DNA from: Macrostomum lignano
Taxonomy: Eukaryota
DNA length: 64,000 nt
Assembly (NCBI GenBank): GCA_002269645.1
Contig: NIVC01003201.1
Location: 1 to 64,000, forward strand
Direction: 5' to 3'
Numbering within the stretch: position 1 is the first letter of the stretch; every line of letters starts with the position of its first letter. Positions 11,943-26,429 of the stretch are shown piece by piece. A program made the translations under genes and the position numbers. The notes beneath the pieces are model-generated. The model did not search any database. It had not been told where the DNA came from and was given only the letters and a program-made list of their open reading frames with translations.

Positions 11943-14767
11943 ATATTTTCTTTTTATATCAATGAAGGTCAAATAATTAGATTAAATAATTTAATTAGAC
12001 CAAATAACAAAGATTTTCTTTTGTAAAAAATGTTTTGAAAAGTTTTTTAAAGTCAGTACAATATGGTTCATAACTAGTTAGGCTAGTAAAATTAGTAATT
12101 ATCATTACAACTTACATTACAATTTATTACAATGATATTATTTCTATATTATTATCCACTACTAGTCTACTACTACTACTATTTAGCACTGGCAGACAAA
12201 TAGTCCAAGTCCACTGGCCATTTAACCATGGCAGACAAATAGTCCTGGATCCTACTACTTTACTAGACACTCAGGATTGCATCGAAATGTAATATATATT
12301 TATATTGGTTCTTATGCTAATATATTAGGCCTAGATTATAAACATAATGTAGGCCTAGGCCTAGAGTAGATGAAGATTTATATTTGATCTAAGGTTTCGA
12401 ATCCAGAATTTTGAAATAGCTAATATCAAGTATGCATCATTACTGAAATACAACGTTAAGTAAAAAATCTGCGGACGTATTGTTGAACTAGGGCCGACTA
12501 TGGTCTATTTAACAGGCTGTTAATAACAGCTAGGCCTATATAGAAATCAAATCAAAACTAAAACCATCTCAAATAACAGTTAGCAGGAAATGTAGATTTT
12601 AGGCGGGTCATAAAATGTTTGTTTTCTATTAGTCAATCGATTTAAATCACTGGTAAAAGTGTATTGTAATGAGTTTCAATTTTTATCACTTCGCTGTGTT
12701 GAGCCTGAAGCCATTCTCGACGGTTTGCTTAAATGGACCCATATTCAAAGAAACAGTAATTTAATTTGGTGGTTGAATTAGGCACTTAGCAATGGACTGA
12801 CCAATCCTGTTGTCTAGCAGAACGTACAAGCGTAGCTTGTTCAAAGTAAAAAACATGTTCTGCTTTCATTCTCCTTTGAATCTAACTCTCAGCACAATTT
12901 AATGAAATGCGTATTGAATAAAATATTATAGGCTGCATTTTCGGCACATTTTTCGATACTAGAAAGAGTGGTCATTAATAACGCACTTCATGCGCTTTTA
13001 ACGACTACTTCTACCACAAGCATACAAATCAAAGCATATCATAGCATACACTGTAGACTATAGTGACTATAAGTTTGATTCTCACCTGACCTGACTAATA
13101 ATACGGCTTGCTCGTGGTTTCTATTGCATTGATTAAATGATTCCCTGTGCAGAATTACCCTGAAAAGGATAAACTCTGGAAATACATGGTATTCAGGACA
13201 GGACCGAGAAGCCATGAGTACAGCAGAGTAAAACTTCTATTGACTGAAGAATATTATAGTTTACTGAAATTTCTCAAATCATTTTGTTGTTGGAATCCTT
13301 GTCGGGATGTTTGTACACGCATTTTCGCGTTTTCCGATTTTTCAGGAACAGCGCATCTATACAAATTAAGTCGCGTCAGCTTTCCGTTTCCTAAGTATTT
13401 TCATTAAAATTTAATAAACTAATGGAGTTATTAAGTTATAGTCTACTGAATTGTCACTTTCACTTTTTATGCATGTATATTCCACTAAAGGAATTGTGCA
13501 TGAGCCTGTCGATCATTTCTACTGTTATGTATGTATATGCTATATAGCCAAACAACTTTATGAATTTTGGAAGCAAAAACGAAATTCGAAATTTTAGATC
13601 AGCATAGCTACTAGTCGAAATGTCTGCAGACTTTATTCCGACCTATGTCGGCCTTAACGAAACGCTTTTTGCGTCCATTAAATTTTAAGTCACAAATCAC
13701 ATTTGTTTTTTGTCAGTAGTGTACATTTAATTCATTTCTTATTTTTCAATGTACTGATGATGCGCTTAAATAACTATTTTTGCAGAGGTGGCCATTAAAC
13801 TCACGAAATAATTTGGCCTAGCTGTTTATTGAGCATAAATTAGTACATACATGTAGTTATAGCCTGTATTTTACGTGTGTGTACGTGTACGCCGTAAACA
13901 TTAATGTACATGCGCAAACACAACATAAAAGCTATACGCGTCGCGACTGATTGAGAATGTACGATACATACATGTATACGAGCCACATAAGTGAACTGTA
14001 CATTTTGGTAGTTAATTTGCGTCTTTTAAAAATCTGTCAGTGATTTTAATTGAGTTGAATATTTATAAAATGATATCTTATTTTTACGGCCACTGCTGAT
14101 GCACCTGCACACGTATGTGAGCTAGTTTATGAACAGGAAGTCGAGAATACAAATCATTTTAGTAATTTGCTTCTTCAGTCACCTTATGAAGCTATAACAT
14201 TAATAATACTTGATTTTTATTGCTAAAATGATGGTGATATCGGGTTGCGGGCAATTGCAAAACACGGCGACAAAGATTAATAATAACGATTACTTAATAC
14301 ATTTGCATTCTAACACTCGTGTGCAATTAATAGCATCCTATGTTGCGAAATATTGAAGCAGCTATAATAAAGAGATAATGAAATAAATAACAGCTTTCCA
14401 AAAAAACAGTACATAAGCTAAGTTTGATCAATCAGAATGTGAGATTGATTAGCTATTTTTATATATCAGCATGCTGATATTATAAGCAATTAATATCAAT
14501 TAAAAAGCAATTAAAGGTGTGAAAGAGAACGACAAGATATCGGGAAGAAAAGCGAACAGAAATCGATGAACTGCTTAGTGGGAGAGAAAGTAATGAACTG
14601 GGGGGCTCGAAGATTTTTTTAATTGAATATTTTTGTTTTAAGTTTATAATTAGGTAACAATCCAAAGGTGAATGCACGAGTTCTTTTTCTGAGTCCAACA
14701 CAGAGCGAAAAAAACGGATGCAAGAATCAGCCGGGGGGAGGCTTTGGTGTTGACTTCAAGTTGACGC

Positions 14768-17700
14768 TTAGCTCTCAGCCGGGGCGGCCTCCCCGGCCTC
14801 GCCGCCCTCCTCCGGTTTCTCCTTCTTCTCCTTGGTCCACTCCGGCTTTTCCGACTGCAATTGCAGGATTGGAGTGGGTTGTCGGGATCGAGACTTGCAT
14901 GTACGTCGTAAGCTTATAATCGTGATTTGAAAACTGAGCAGTATCAGTTATATAGCTGCAAATTGCTGTTTTTGATCCAAGTGTGCTAGAAAAGCAGGGG
15001 TGGGCAAACTTCGGCCGGTCATAAGTGGCCCACAAAGCCTCTCTATCCGACCCTCGGGTCCTTGGACACTTTAGAATGGCAATCCGACCCGCTCAAGGTT
15101 TGTTTCTTCTCCTCTCCTCTCCTCTCCTCTCCTCTCCTCTCCTCTCCTCTCCTCTCCTCTCCTCTCCTCTCCTCTCCTCTCCTCTCCTCTCCTCTTCCTC
15201 TCCTCTCCTCTCCTCTCCTCTCCTCTCCTCTCCTCTCCTCTCCTCTCCTCTCCTCTCCTCTCCTCTCATCTCATTCCTTCTCACTCATCTCTTTTCTCAT
15301 AGCCTCTTTCATCTCACCTCCCCTCTCTTTTGTCATCTCCTCTTTCTTCTCTCTCCTCCATTCCCTCTCCTTTCCACTCTCATCTGGCCCGCAGCCATGA
15401 GCTGGATTCTTTATCTGGCCCTTGAGGTAAAAAGTTTGCTGACCTCCATATAAGAGGCCTGAGCCTAATGAAACGGAACAGCGCTCCCGTTGCCATCAAC
15501 CATAATAAAACCTACAGAGAGGCAGCAGCAACACTCACTTCTTCCTTCTCCTCCAGGGCGTACTTGTCCTGGCCAGTGGACTTGAGACCCTCGCGGAAGG
15601 AAGCGGCGCTGGCTTTGTTCTTCTTTTTCAGCTTCTCCAGACGCTGCTCAGTCTTAGAGACCTTCTTCAGCACCGGCTTTGTGAACTTGCCCTTCGACTC
15701 GTTCACTTTAGCCTCCATTGCATTGATCTCCAGATCCAGGTTGTGGATCTTCATCTCCCAGTCGTACTTCTCAGCCTCGAGCTGAGCCATCTTCCTGTAC
15801 AACTCCTTCACCTTGCTCTCCAGCTGGTCTGCGGTCGGTAATTACATGTAAATGTTGAAATCAGATTATGTAAATTCACATTCACCTGTCGTCTGATAAT
15901 TGTAAGTTGTATAAATTTGCTCACCCTTGCTGAGGCCCGAAATGTTGAGCTCGCCGACTACCGACTTGAGGTGGTTCTCGCGCTCCTGAGCCTTGCGCTT
16001 CTGCTCGGCGCGCATCTCTTCAGCTGCCTTCTGCATGATCAGCTGCTTCAGCAGGCGCTTCTTCTCCGGGGTCATTGTGACACCCTTCTTCTTCTTGCCC
16101 TTGCCGCCCTTCTTTGAGGCGGCGGCTGCGGCCTCTTCGGCTTTGCGGGCCTCCTCGGCGCGACGGCGCTCTTCGGCTTCCTCCTCACGACGGCGCTCTT
16201 CGGCCTCCTCTTCGCGACGGCGCCGCTCTGCTTCCTGTAGAGTCAATAGGAATTTTAATGAGACGTTGAGTTTTGGTAACCTTTGTGGGGGGGTGGAGCT
16301 TGAGTTAAGCTTGGTTGAGCTTGGGTTGAGCTTGGGCTGAAGCTTGGGTTGAGCATGAATTGAGCCTTGGTTGAGCTTGGGTTGAGATTGGGTTGAGATT
16401 GGGTTGAGATTGGGTTGAGATTGGGTTGAGATTGGGTTGAGATTGGGTTGAGATTGGGTTGAGATTGGGTTGAGATTGGGTTGAGATTGGGTTGAGATTG
16501 GGTTGAGATTGGGTTGAGATTGGTTTGAGATTGGGTTGAGATTGGGTTGAGATTGGGTTGAGATTGGGCTGAAGCTTGCTTGGGCATGAATTGAGCTTTG
16601 GTTGAGCTTGGGTTGAGATTGGGTTGAGCTTGGGTTGAGATTGGGTTGAGATTGGGTTGAGCTTGGGTTGAGATTGGGTTGAGATTGGGTTGAGCTTGGG
16701 CTGAAGCTTGGGTTGAGATTGGGTTGAGCTTGGGTTGAGATTGGGTTGAATTTCGGTTAAGCTCGGGCGGGAAGATGAGAACCCCACTCCCTGAACGGTA
16801 AGCAACAGCTACAGCTGTTTACCTCCTCGCGCCGACGTTTCTCAGCTTCGGCCCGCTCCCGTTCCTCCTCCTCCTCCTGCTGCTGGCGGCGACGTCGCTC
16901 GGCAGCTTCCTCTTCCTCAGCTCGCCGGCGATCCTGAAAGCCGATGCGCCAGCCACAAGCGTCAATGCAGGAATCAATCAAGCTCATCAACGAAGGCGTC
17001 GAGAAAAAATACTCACATCGTCGTCGCCTCCGCCACCGCCGCCGGAGGGCTCCTCGGCCGGGGCGGACTCGGCCGGGGCGGACTCGGCCGGAGCGGACTG
17101 GAAAGCGGGAAAGAAAGTCCTTCGAGTTAGCATAGTCCATGAAACAAGCAGGTCTGTTACAGGTTCTCATGCCTCTTATAAATATTTACGAGCATGCTTT
17201 GATACAGAGCTTCGGATTTTATCATCAGTGGGGAGTAAACAGGTCTATAAAAAATAATGTGAAGTACTTTAAAGCAGAAGGTCGCGAGATAAGCACATAT
17301 TGTGGGACGCACGCCAATGTCTCTGAATAAGACTTGTTGAGAAGTCACTCACCGCACTTCTCAGGATCTTGAGCAAGCGCGCTCAAGATGTATTACCGAT
17401 CGCAAAAGCAGAGCATCCACTCATTAAAGATTTTTTACGAGTGCCAATTGGCAATAGAAAATGAAAATAAAAGAATAGTTAACAAAAAAGTCATCTCTAA
17501 TGCAGCTAAATACATTTTGATGCATTTTATGAATTCGTAGCTGAGGTTAGTAGAAAAAATGGATACAGCAAGACACCCAACAAAAAGCACATCGGAATGT
17601 CAGTGATTAGATCAGATCCGGGACAGCAGAATACTTGAATGTATTTATACTAAAAGCTAGGAATCTCCGGCTTCCGTTCAGTTTGTGTGGGTCGATCGGC

Positions 17701-18988
17701 TTCACTCACGGGTGCCTCAGACTCCGCTGCGTCTTCCTCTTCGCCACGCCTGCGTCGGCGCCTTGACGAATCAGCCGCCGGCGCCTCCTATTATTGTAGC
17801 AATTATTAATTTATCGGCTGAACTAGCCAGGAACAGTCTGTTCGGCTTGGAACAAGAAGCAGTCATTGAACCATCGTGCAAAGCATGGGGGGTTAAGGTT
17901 CGTTGTCCCTTGCTGACAAATTACAAAATTACAAAACTTTTTTGCTTTTGCCATGCAAAGTTAGAAAACGGACATCCAAAGTTGAAAAGCTTCTAGAAAA
18001 AAAGAGAACAAAGATTTCTGACTGAGAAACATAACTTAGAGACGAGCAAATCTATGGCCTAGCGGTATTCTGTATGCTTTCAACTCGGGATGTCGTTAGC
18101 ACGATAATATGAGAAATGCTATGCTAGGTTTAACAGAAAAAACTCATTCGAATATTCTAAAATATTTTTCTATACCGAATTAACCTACTGACATTAATAT
18201 TATGGCAAAATACTAATCCAAAATATCACTCAAGGTTTGAGTTGTGAAATTAAAAAAAAAACTGTTGATATTGATAACCCGTTGTTAGTTAATACAGTAC
18301 GAATGCGAAGCGCGATACAGGCCGCCCTCTACCAAACTGAGATGCAAAATAATATGCTCGAGAACAACATACAGTATATGCATTAGCAGGCATGGACTAT
18401 GAGAATTCGATAGTTTTCTTTTCTAGGCTCTACTGTAATGGACTGCTGATCAAAACTATTCCGAGCGAGCTGGGTCTGACAGTCAAATCCGTGATAAAGC
18501 GCAACTTTACAACGCAACAGGAGTATTTATGAGCGCAACTGTAAGCTCCAACTGGAACGCAGAAAGCGCCTAGCAACGGTAGCTCTCACTTGCTCTAATT
18601 GTTCCATTGTAATCCCGGTGATTCCTTAGTAAGCTTCTATACTCACGATACTATCGATGATACTCGATTAGTGATAAAACACGTTGAGGATTCAAACATA
18701 GAAAAAGACAATTACTTAACAGATGGAAGCTGAAGAGAAATTGACTGCTGCATCGAAGTTACCTAATAGGGGATCGAATGATTAATAGCTCCAGTATCAT
18801 ACCTCTTCGGTTCTGGAATGAAAGGGGAGGTTTAATTCGAGAGGGTAATAACAACTCACTAGCATATTGCCGATCATTCAAACAGTACTATGACAAGAAT
18901 GATTGTTAAAGCTTTGCTATTAGGTGTTTACTCACGCCTGCTGCCTCGCCCTGCGTCGGGCGGCGCGTCGCTCGTCCATGTCGCTCAT
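14768..18988 (-). CDS. TNNI: Troponin I, invertebrate type with long Glu/Arg-rich N-terminal extension (~339 aa)
   Basis: Exons 18988-18936, 18812-18803, 17787-17710, 17097-17017, 16933-16823, 16234-15925, 15828-15539 and 14854-14768 total 1020 nt with phases consistent. Motifs MTPEKKRLLKQLIMQKAAEE, LEAEKYDWE, KGKFTKPVLKKVSK and terminal KPEW match troponin I. Confidence 0.92.
14995..15448. mobile_element. Non-autonomous hAT (Charlie/MER58-like) MITE in the last troponin I intron
   Basis: Left end CAGGGGTGGGCAAACTTCGGCC and right end TATCTGGCCCTTGAGGTAAAAAGTTTGCTGACCTCCA resemble Charlie-type termini as recalled. Flanking 8-mers TAGAAAAG / TATAAGAG match at 6 of 8 positions (possible decayed TSD). 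Confidence 0.6.
15106..15270 (+). repeat. (CTCTC)n microsatellite inside the MITE
   Basis: Direct reading. It explains the SSPLL/EERRG ORFs. Confidence 0.97.
16300..16750 (+). repeat. 11-bp minisatellite (GGGTTGAGATT)n in a troponin I intron
   Basis: About 40 units with GCTT variants, read directly. Confidence 0.95.
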
Positions 18989-21900
18989 TGTTGCTGCTGT
19001 TCTTTCGACGGCAGGTTAAACAATAAACAGAAAATTTGCTACTCGGAGTGGGGCGACAAACGAAACTAAGAACACGACCTGTAATGAAGGCTGCCTACAT
19101 TAAGGTTGAGCTTCTAATTTTGGTATTGCACACACTGGGTCCGAACAATCTTGGACTTACCTGTGTCTAGATGCCGGGGACTGTCGAGCGAAAGAGTTGG
19201 AGACGCGACAGAAAGGATGAAGGAGTGGTGCAAGGCCTTCAATGCCGGGTCACTGGGCTGCCTAAATAGAACCGAGGAAAAGGCGCGGGCGGAGGTAGGG
19301 GAGAACGAAGAGGAACTGCAGTAGGCAAGGGTTAGAGGGGCCGGGTGGGTAGGAAATGTCAGGTCGAGCTTTGCGCTTACAATTCTTCCGCTAGCGTCGA
19401 AAAAATCATTGCCCATGTGCGCTGCGCCGCAGCCTCCAAGTCAGAACCTTAGCTGCGCCACCATTTGGATCGATAAATAGCGCAGTGCGGCCCCGCGGGT
19501 CCGGGATGGGCCTTCAGAAATACCTTTTCCGTCCGCATCCCGAAGTTTCTGCTGTCTAATACGGTTTCTTGCAGGGAGAGAGAGAGGGAGGTAGATTGGG
19601 TGAAAGGCGAGCAGAGAGGAGCCAAATGGCATGCATTCGTGAAGTTTCCACTGGGCATCGGCCTCTACACTGCTTTACCTTTACAGGTACGCGTTCAGCC
19701 GTTCCAGTCTTGGCATCTCCCCCCTCGCTGCCGCTGCGCGTGCAGGAGCAGGAACTGTTTCTCCCTCCGATGACACACGGAAAGTTTTGGAAGCTTTCGA
19801 GATCCATTCGGGAGCGCATGCGGCGCGGAAGGAACAAGGAGGTTTAATGCAAGATTTGCCTAGACCGTATTGCAACTTCGATCTTATTGGGACGCGTTGC
19901 TGCAGTGCTGAACTTTCTGCTGGCGTTCCGAATAGCTGCGCTATCAATCCAAGATTGGTTCGAAAGACTCCTCAGTGTGAACGGCCTTTATTTCGTACCT
20001 CCATGGGCCTGTAGTAGTGTTGTGAACATTTTTAGAGATGGTGATTGTATCACAAAAACGAAACTACAAATGCATTAAACGTATCATAGCAGAAGTAGTT
20101 CTCGAGATCCGTCTTTATACAGGTCTTTGTTGGCTATAGCATCCTGTATGAAATCTGAAGAAACATTTCTATAAGCATCAATAAAACAGTTCGACAAAAT
20201 GTTGAGTGATTAATTAGTAATTTTTTTGTTTAATTTCATATCTTGCTACTTTAAGTAGTCGGTAAGTCCAATTAGAATTAAATTTTCGTCCAATTTAAGT
20301 GCTGGTCACTTTTAACCGCTTGCTCAACAGGAATCGCGGTTTAATGATTGAGCTCACACCACTTGCAACGTCACTGAAACAATTTTTTTCGTCCGGTCTA
20401 CAACTCAATTCATGAATAATTCAGGGTTCTGCCTCAATCTTCTCGGCAGGATGGGAATGAGGCCTAGCGCTGTACGACTCTCTCTTCCCTGCCCTAGACC
20501 AGCATTACCGGGTGACTGGGAAGTATTTATACGCGCCAAGAGAGGCCCGAGACAATTTTTCAGCGATCAATAAGGCCCAAGTTACAAACTACCGCAGCCC
20601 TGTTGCCCTCTCCTGTTCGTCCTCTGCACTCGCTGCTTCTGAAAGATTCTAGCATGCAAATGCGCTAGAGCACGCACTTGGGACCAACAAAATCGCACTG
20701 CGCCAGTGTTTGCCAGATTCAGGCTCAGCAGAATGACTGGACTCGCGCCTCCTCCAGTGCGAACTTGGACAAGTGTGCATGCAGTGCAGGAATCCGATTT
20801 GCTCGCGTCAACTCCGATTTCATTCCGTCTCCGAGTATAAATATTTGACGCATCCTCCCCATTCCAGATTCGAACTGAGAGCTTCCTTTCTAGTGTTCTT
20901 GAATACAGGCAGAGAACTGCTTTTATTTTGCTTATAGCTGTGTTACTCGGACTTGAGCACTCGGACTTGAAACATAACGCTGTCAAATGTTCTGTGCGGA
21001 TACACTCATCCCAGCGATGTCTCTCCATTGCTTTCCAATCATTTTTTCGCATAATCAATGCAGATTCTTGCCTCACCCCTTATCCCCTTACGTGCTCGCA
21101 TGCAGATGGGCTTCAAATAGCATTCTCTCTGCTGCCCACTCTGTTTCGGATAACATTGCCTAAAAGGCAGTCGCGGGCAGCCGTCGCTCGCATCACTCTC
21201 TATGGATAAGTCGCCCATTCCGCCGAGAAAATTCCGCTGTTTACTCCTCGACTAAATTCCAATCCTTATCCAACACGGGTGCCATCGGTTGGTCGCCACA
21301 ATCACATCCGACCATATCTGAAACTATCCTGTTTACTTTAGACCGATTAAGGATATTACCAAGCCGGTCAGTATAGGGGTGCGGGCAGCGGTATAGTGGA
21401 AAACAGATTTACGTCGTAGAGGGTGGCAGCTCTAAGAAGATGCGGCAGAAATATTGGAACTAACGGTTGTTGCGACCCCCTACAGTCTCAGTCATGTACT
21501 AGCTCTACATACATGTACAAGCTATCTCCCAGATGCAGCAGTGTCATGTCTACCAAACTATTGACCATCTGGGTCATGCTTGTTATGTCTGATAAAAGCT
21601 TAATCAGATAGTTTGCAGGAAGGCTTTTGGAAATCCTGCAAAACAAAACGACGCAGGTGCACAGTGGCTTTCTAATTGACAAAAACACATTCTGTGCCTT
21701 GGCGGTTGGCCCTCATGGGCGGGAGTCCCAGATTAATGAGGTCATGCATGTCATTGTGAAACCCTGGGTACTTTGGCTCGACTCTGGCAGAAGCTTTCAT
21801 CCCATCGTAATCATCCGTTCACCTACGCTTTAAACCAACTCAACACTCGCGAAAGCTGCACCGAAAAGTGCCTCCTGATATACCTGATTCCCCCCCGTTT

Positions 21901-22865
21901 CCAAGCGCATCCACGAGAGAAACCGCGCGATCGAAGTCGCACGCAAACCGCTGGAGTGGCAAAGGAACTGTCGCTCGTGAAACTCGATATCGCTAATTCC
22001 CCTGCCACCGGCTGCCAGCAACTGTCGCTTTGGTTCTCACTTTCTCCCTCTCTGCCACCCGCCTCCTCCATCTCTCTTTCTTGGGATGCAGAAGCTGAAG
22101 CAGAAGGAGGGCCAGCTAATTCCCGCAGCTAGCTTGTCGCGCACCACCTTCACTGCTATATCGCACCAAGCGTGTTACTCCATCTAGCCACTCTTCTCAG
22201 CCTCCCAATTCTAGGCATCTTTCGAGGAGGCAGGCACGCAGGTTGAGGGGGCTGCTATGGGAGATCGCGTGATGCAGAAACGGCCTGCTGCCTGGAATTC
22301 TAACCCCTCCCCAGCCGCCTCCACTTTTTCTTGCCCTCATCAATTTTGCTCTTTCCTTCTGTCATTCTCTCGCCCCCCCGTGTGAGAAAGTGTTATACCG
22401 AGCATAGTAGAGCGCGAGTGAGATGGGGGATATTGGCTAGCAGAGGTGTGGGAAAATAGAGCCGGACATTAGGGGAGCTGCTATAAGCCGAGTCCATCTC
22501 CCGTCTCTCTCTCTCACTCTTCCCCTGTCTTTCTCCATCAAGCCAAAGTCGGGGCACCCAACAATTTCACCCTCTTTTTTTCTCCCATAAAACCCGCGGC
22601 AGCAAAGTGGCTCTCCGGCCCGCAGGGGGTGGCCGTTTTACACGCCGAGTGAGGCGCTCCCGTCTCCCAATTGCGCCTGATAATATATTCCACAGCTCTG
22701 CTGGCTTAATGGCCTCCGTCCAGTCCCTCCGCCCGCGTCACTTCTCATTACAAGTGCGGGCTTCTTCTCTCTTTCACGCGATCCCCCGCGATCCACCGAT
22801 TTCCCAGTCTTATACGAGTACTTGTTCCTTGGCAGAAGCTGGGGCGCCATCTACTCCACTGCACA

Positions 22866-24019
<1,154 letters not shown>

Positions 24020-24687
24020 CTCTATTTAACCATAGCATTTCTTTCACCGTAGTCCCACAGCATGCAATAATGATTACTAAACTTAGCGGTCTCACAGTCG
24101 GAGCATGCCATGCCTTTTGTGCCTTCTGTCCGTCTGCCCGCAGGTGCGTGCCATTTTCCATATCCCAAAGCAAGAGACTCATTCAGAATTCATTCAGTTC
24201 GAATGGAGAAGAAAAAATGGAGTCCATCGTGTTGCATTGGAGTGCAGTGCGGAGACAATTAGGCTGTGAGTGCACAGGGGTACAGCGGATTTCAGAGTGC
24301 CGCAGTATGAATTCGGCATTCACCTGTAGGTTCCCCATTCAGTCTCCGCAGTTCGGTCCGGGCTTCGATGCCAGATTCCCAGCCATTCCGCATAGCCAGC
24401 AGATAAAAAAGCAATTCCAGCTGCAGGCTCATAAATCAGCGAGAGAAATGGCAGTTAGAGAGAGACAGCGGCGCACTTCGTAGGTTCAGGTACGGTAGCT
24501 GGCGGATTTCGCTTTCATGGAATTGCAGGCACAGCGAAGCTCTTCATTTGCAGTCTGTTTTGGGTGCAGTCTGCAATACTACAGGGAACAAAGAATACAG
24601 CGCGTCAGAGATATGCAAATTTTCTTGGAAACATAATTTTGCTTCCGATTTTTTGAGTGATATCGCAGTTCTTCTTACCTTCCCAGC

Positions 24688-25425
24688 TTCCAGAAAGCAT
24701 GACAGCATGACATCATGAAAGCATGACAGCATGACATCATGACAGCATGAAAGCATGACATCATGAAAGCATGACAGCATGACATCATGACAGCATGACA
24801 TCATGACAGCATGACAGCATGACATCATGAAAGCATGACATCATGAAAGCATGACAGCATGACATCATGACAGCATGAAAGCATGACAGCAAGACAGCAT
24901 GACATCATGACAGCATGAAAAAATGACATCATGAAAGCATGACAGCATGACATCATGACAGCATGACATCATGACAGCATGAAAGCATGACATCATGAAA
25001 GCATGACAGCATGACATCATGACAGCATGACATCATGAAAGCATGACAGCAAGACAGCATGACAGCATGACAGCATGACAGCATGACATCATGAAAGCAT
25101 GACAGCATGACAGCATGACAGCATGACAGCATGACATCATGAAAGCATGACAGCATGACAGCATGAAAGCATGACATCATGAAAGCATGACAGCATGACA
25201 TCATGACAGCATGACATCATGAAAGCATGACAGCATGACAGCATGACAGCATGACAGCATGACATCATGAAAGCATGACAGCATGACAGCATGACAGCAT
25301 GACAGCATGACATCATGACATCATGACAGCATGACAGCATGACATCATGACATTATGACAGCATGACAGCATGACAGCATGACAGCATGACAGCATGAAA
25401 GCATGACAGCATGACAGCATGACAA
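24688..25425 (+). repeat. 8-bp tandem array (GCATGACA / GCATGAAA / TCATGACA)n
   Basis: Direct reading. Confidence 0.96.
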
Positions 25426-25697
25426 AAAACCAGTTTGACGTTTGCATTGTTTTAAAATAACAGAGTATTTCAGCAGCAAGTCTGGCAATGGTTCCTCAAT
25501 CCGCATACCGTTTATTTACAGGAATTCAGGGTAATCACAGTTTCTCGAATCGACATTCGAGGAGCAGAATTCCAGCCTTATTCATTCTTAATGAACAATC
25601 GGATCAAGAGCTGGATTTTGCTTTTAATAGGCCCGGAACTCCATCAATAGTCTGTCGAAATGTTTTGAGTCATCAGAACACAAATATTATGATACTT

Positions 25698-26010
25698 TAA
25701 TAATAATAATAATAATAATAATAACTGCCCTAACGGGCAGATGTGCAACCGACAGCTCAGCCGCAGCAATTGCGCGGCGCATCTGAAGGCTGCGTACGGC
25801 TGTTCAGTCCAAGGACTGGGGGGGGGGTCGCCACACACAGCCTCAATTACCCCAGCTAATGCTGGCACCCATTTTACAGCTGGGTGAACTGAAGCAATGC
25901 AGAGTTAAGTGTCTTGCTCAAGGACACAAATTGTTTCAAGTGGGTCGAGAATCGAACCCCCGACCTTTCAGTCGCGAGTCTCACGCTCTAACCACCAGGC
26001 TACAACCCCC
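25698..26010 (-). mobile_element. tRNA-derived CORE-type SINE, copy 1, with (TTA)n tail
   Basis: On the minus strand: head GGGGTTGTAGCCTGGTGGTTAGAGCG...GGTTCGATTCT (A and B boxes), central GTGTCCTTGAGCAAGACACTTAACTCT...CAGCTGTAAAATGGG and simple-repeat tail. Three more copies occur in the window. Confidence 0.88.
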
Positions 26011-26429
26011 ACTGAAACTTTACAGTACTGACTCTGTGCGGGCTCTACTAACCGCAACTAAGTCTGCTTAACTTCCGATTTATTAGCATATATTGTTTAG
26101 TATGCAGCTTTGTTAAACAAAGACTACACAACTCGCGAACTTGTGTTTCGGCAAGCCATTATTTAACTCAGCTATACATATTAATAAGTGCACTGTGTAT
26201 GCATTTTGCCCAGAACAGATGTCAGTATTTTCACTCTTTTTGCACGCTACTAATGCAATGATAAAGATGAGAAATTAATATCTAGTGTATCTGGGTGAAA
26301 GTATATATACTCAGAAACATTGAGATCAGCCACCCTAGAGCATTGAACTTCAGCTCACTACACTTCTAATTCAGGATGGCGGCTTTCAATGCTAAATGAG
26401 TACATAGCAAAAATACTCTCTGGTTTCCT

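Noticed and set aside
13147-13407. 86-aa ORF as a tyrosine-recombinase or transposase fragment
   Set aside because: Only vague resemblance, with no catalytic motif or continuation.
13783-14098. Possible hAT MITE (CAGAGGTGGCCATTAAA ... TTTTACGGCCACTGCTG)
   Set aside because: Only 13 of 17 terminal positions match, and the flanking 8-mers (TATTTTTG versus ATGCACCT) are not a TSD.
17353-17367. Extra 15-nt troponin I microexon (ILRSA) with a strong GTGAGT donor
   Set aside because: Poor acceptor (AAG, little polypyrimidine), and the peptide does not fit the E/R-rich context. It is not needed for frame.
25930-26010. tRNA gene (also at 35918, 36560 and 54064)
   Set aside because: No complete acceptor stem, and each head is fused to the same SINE body.
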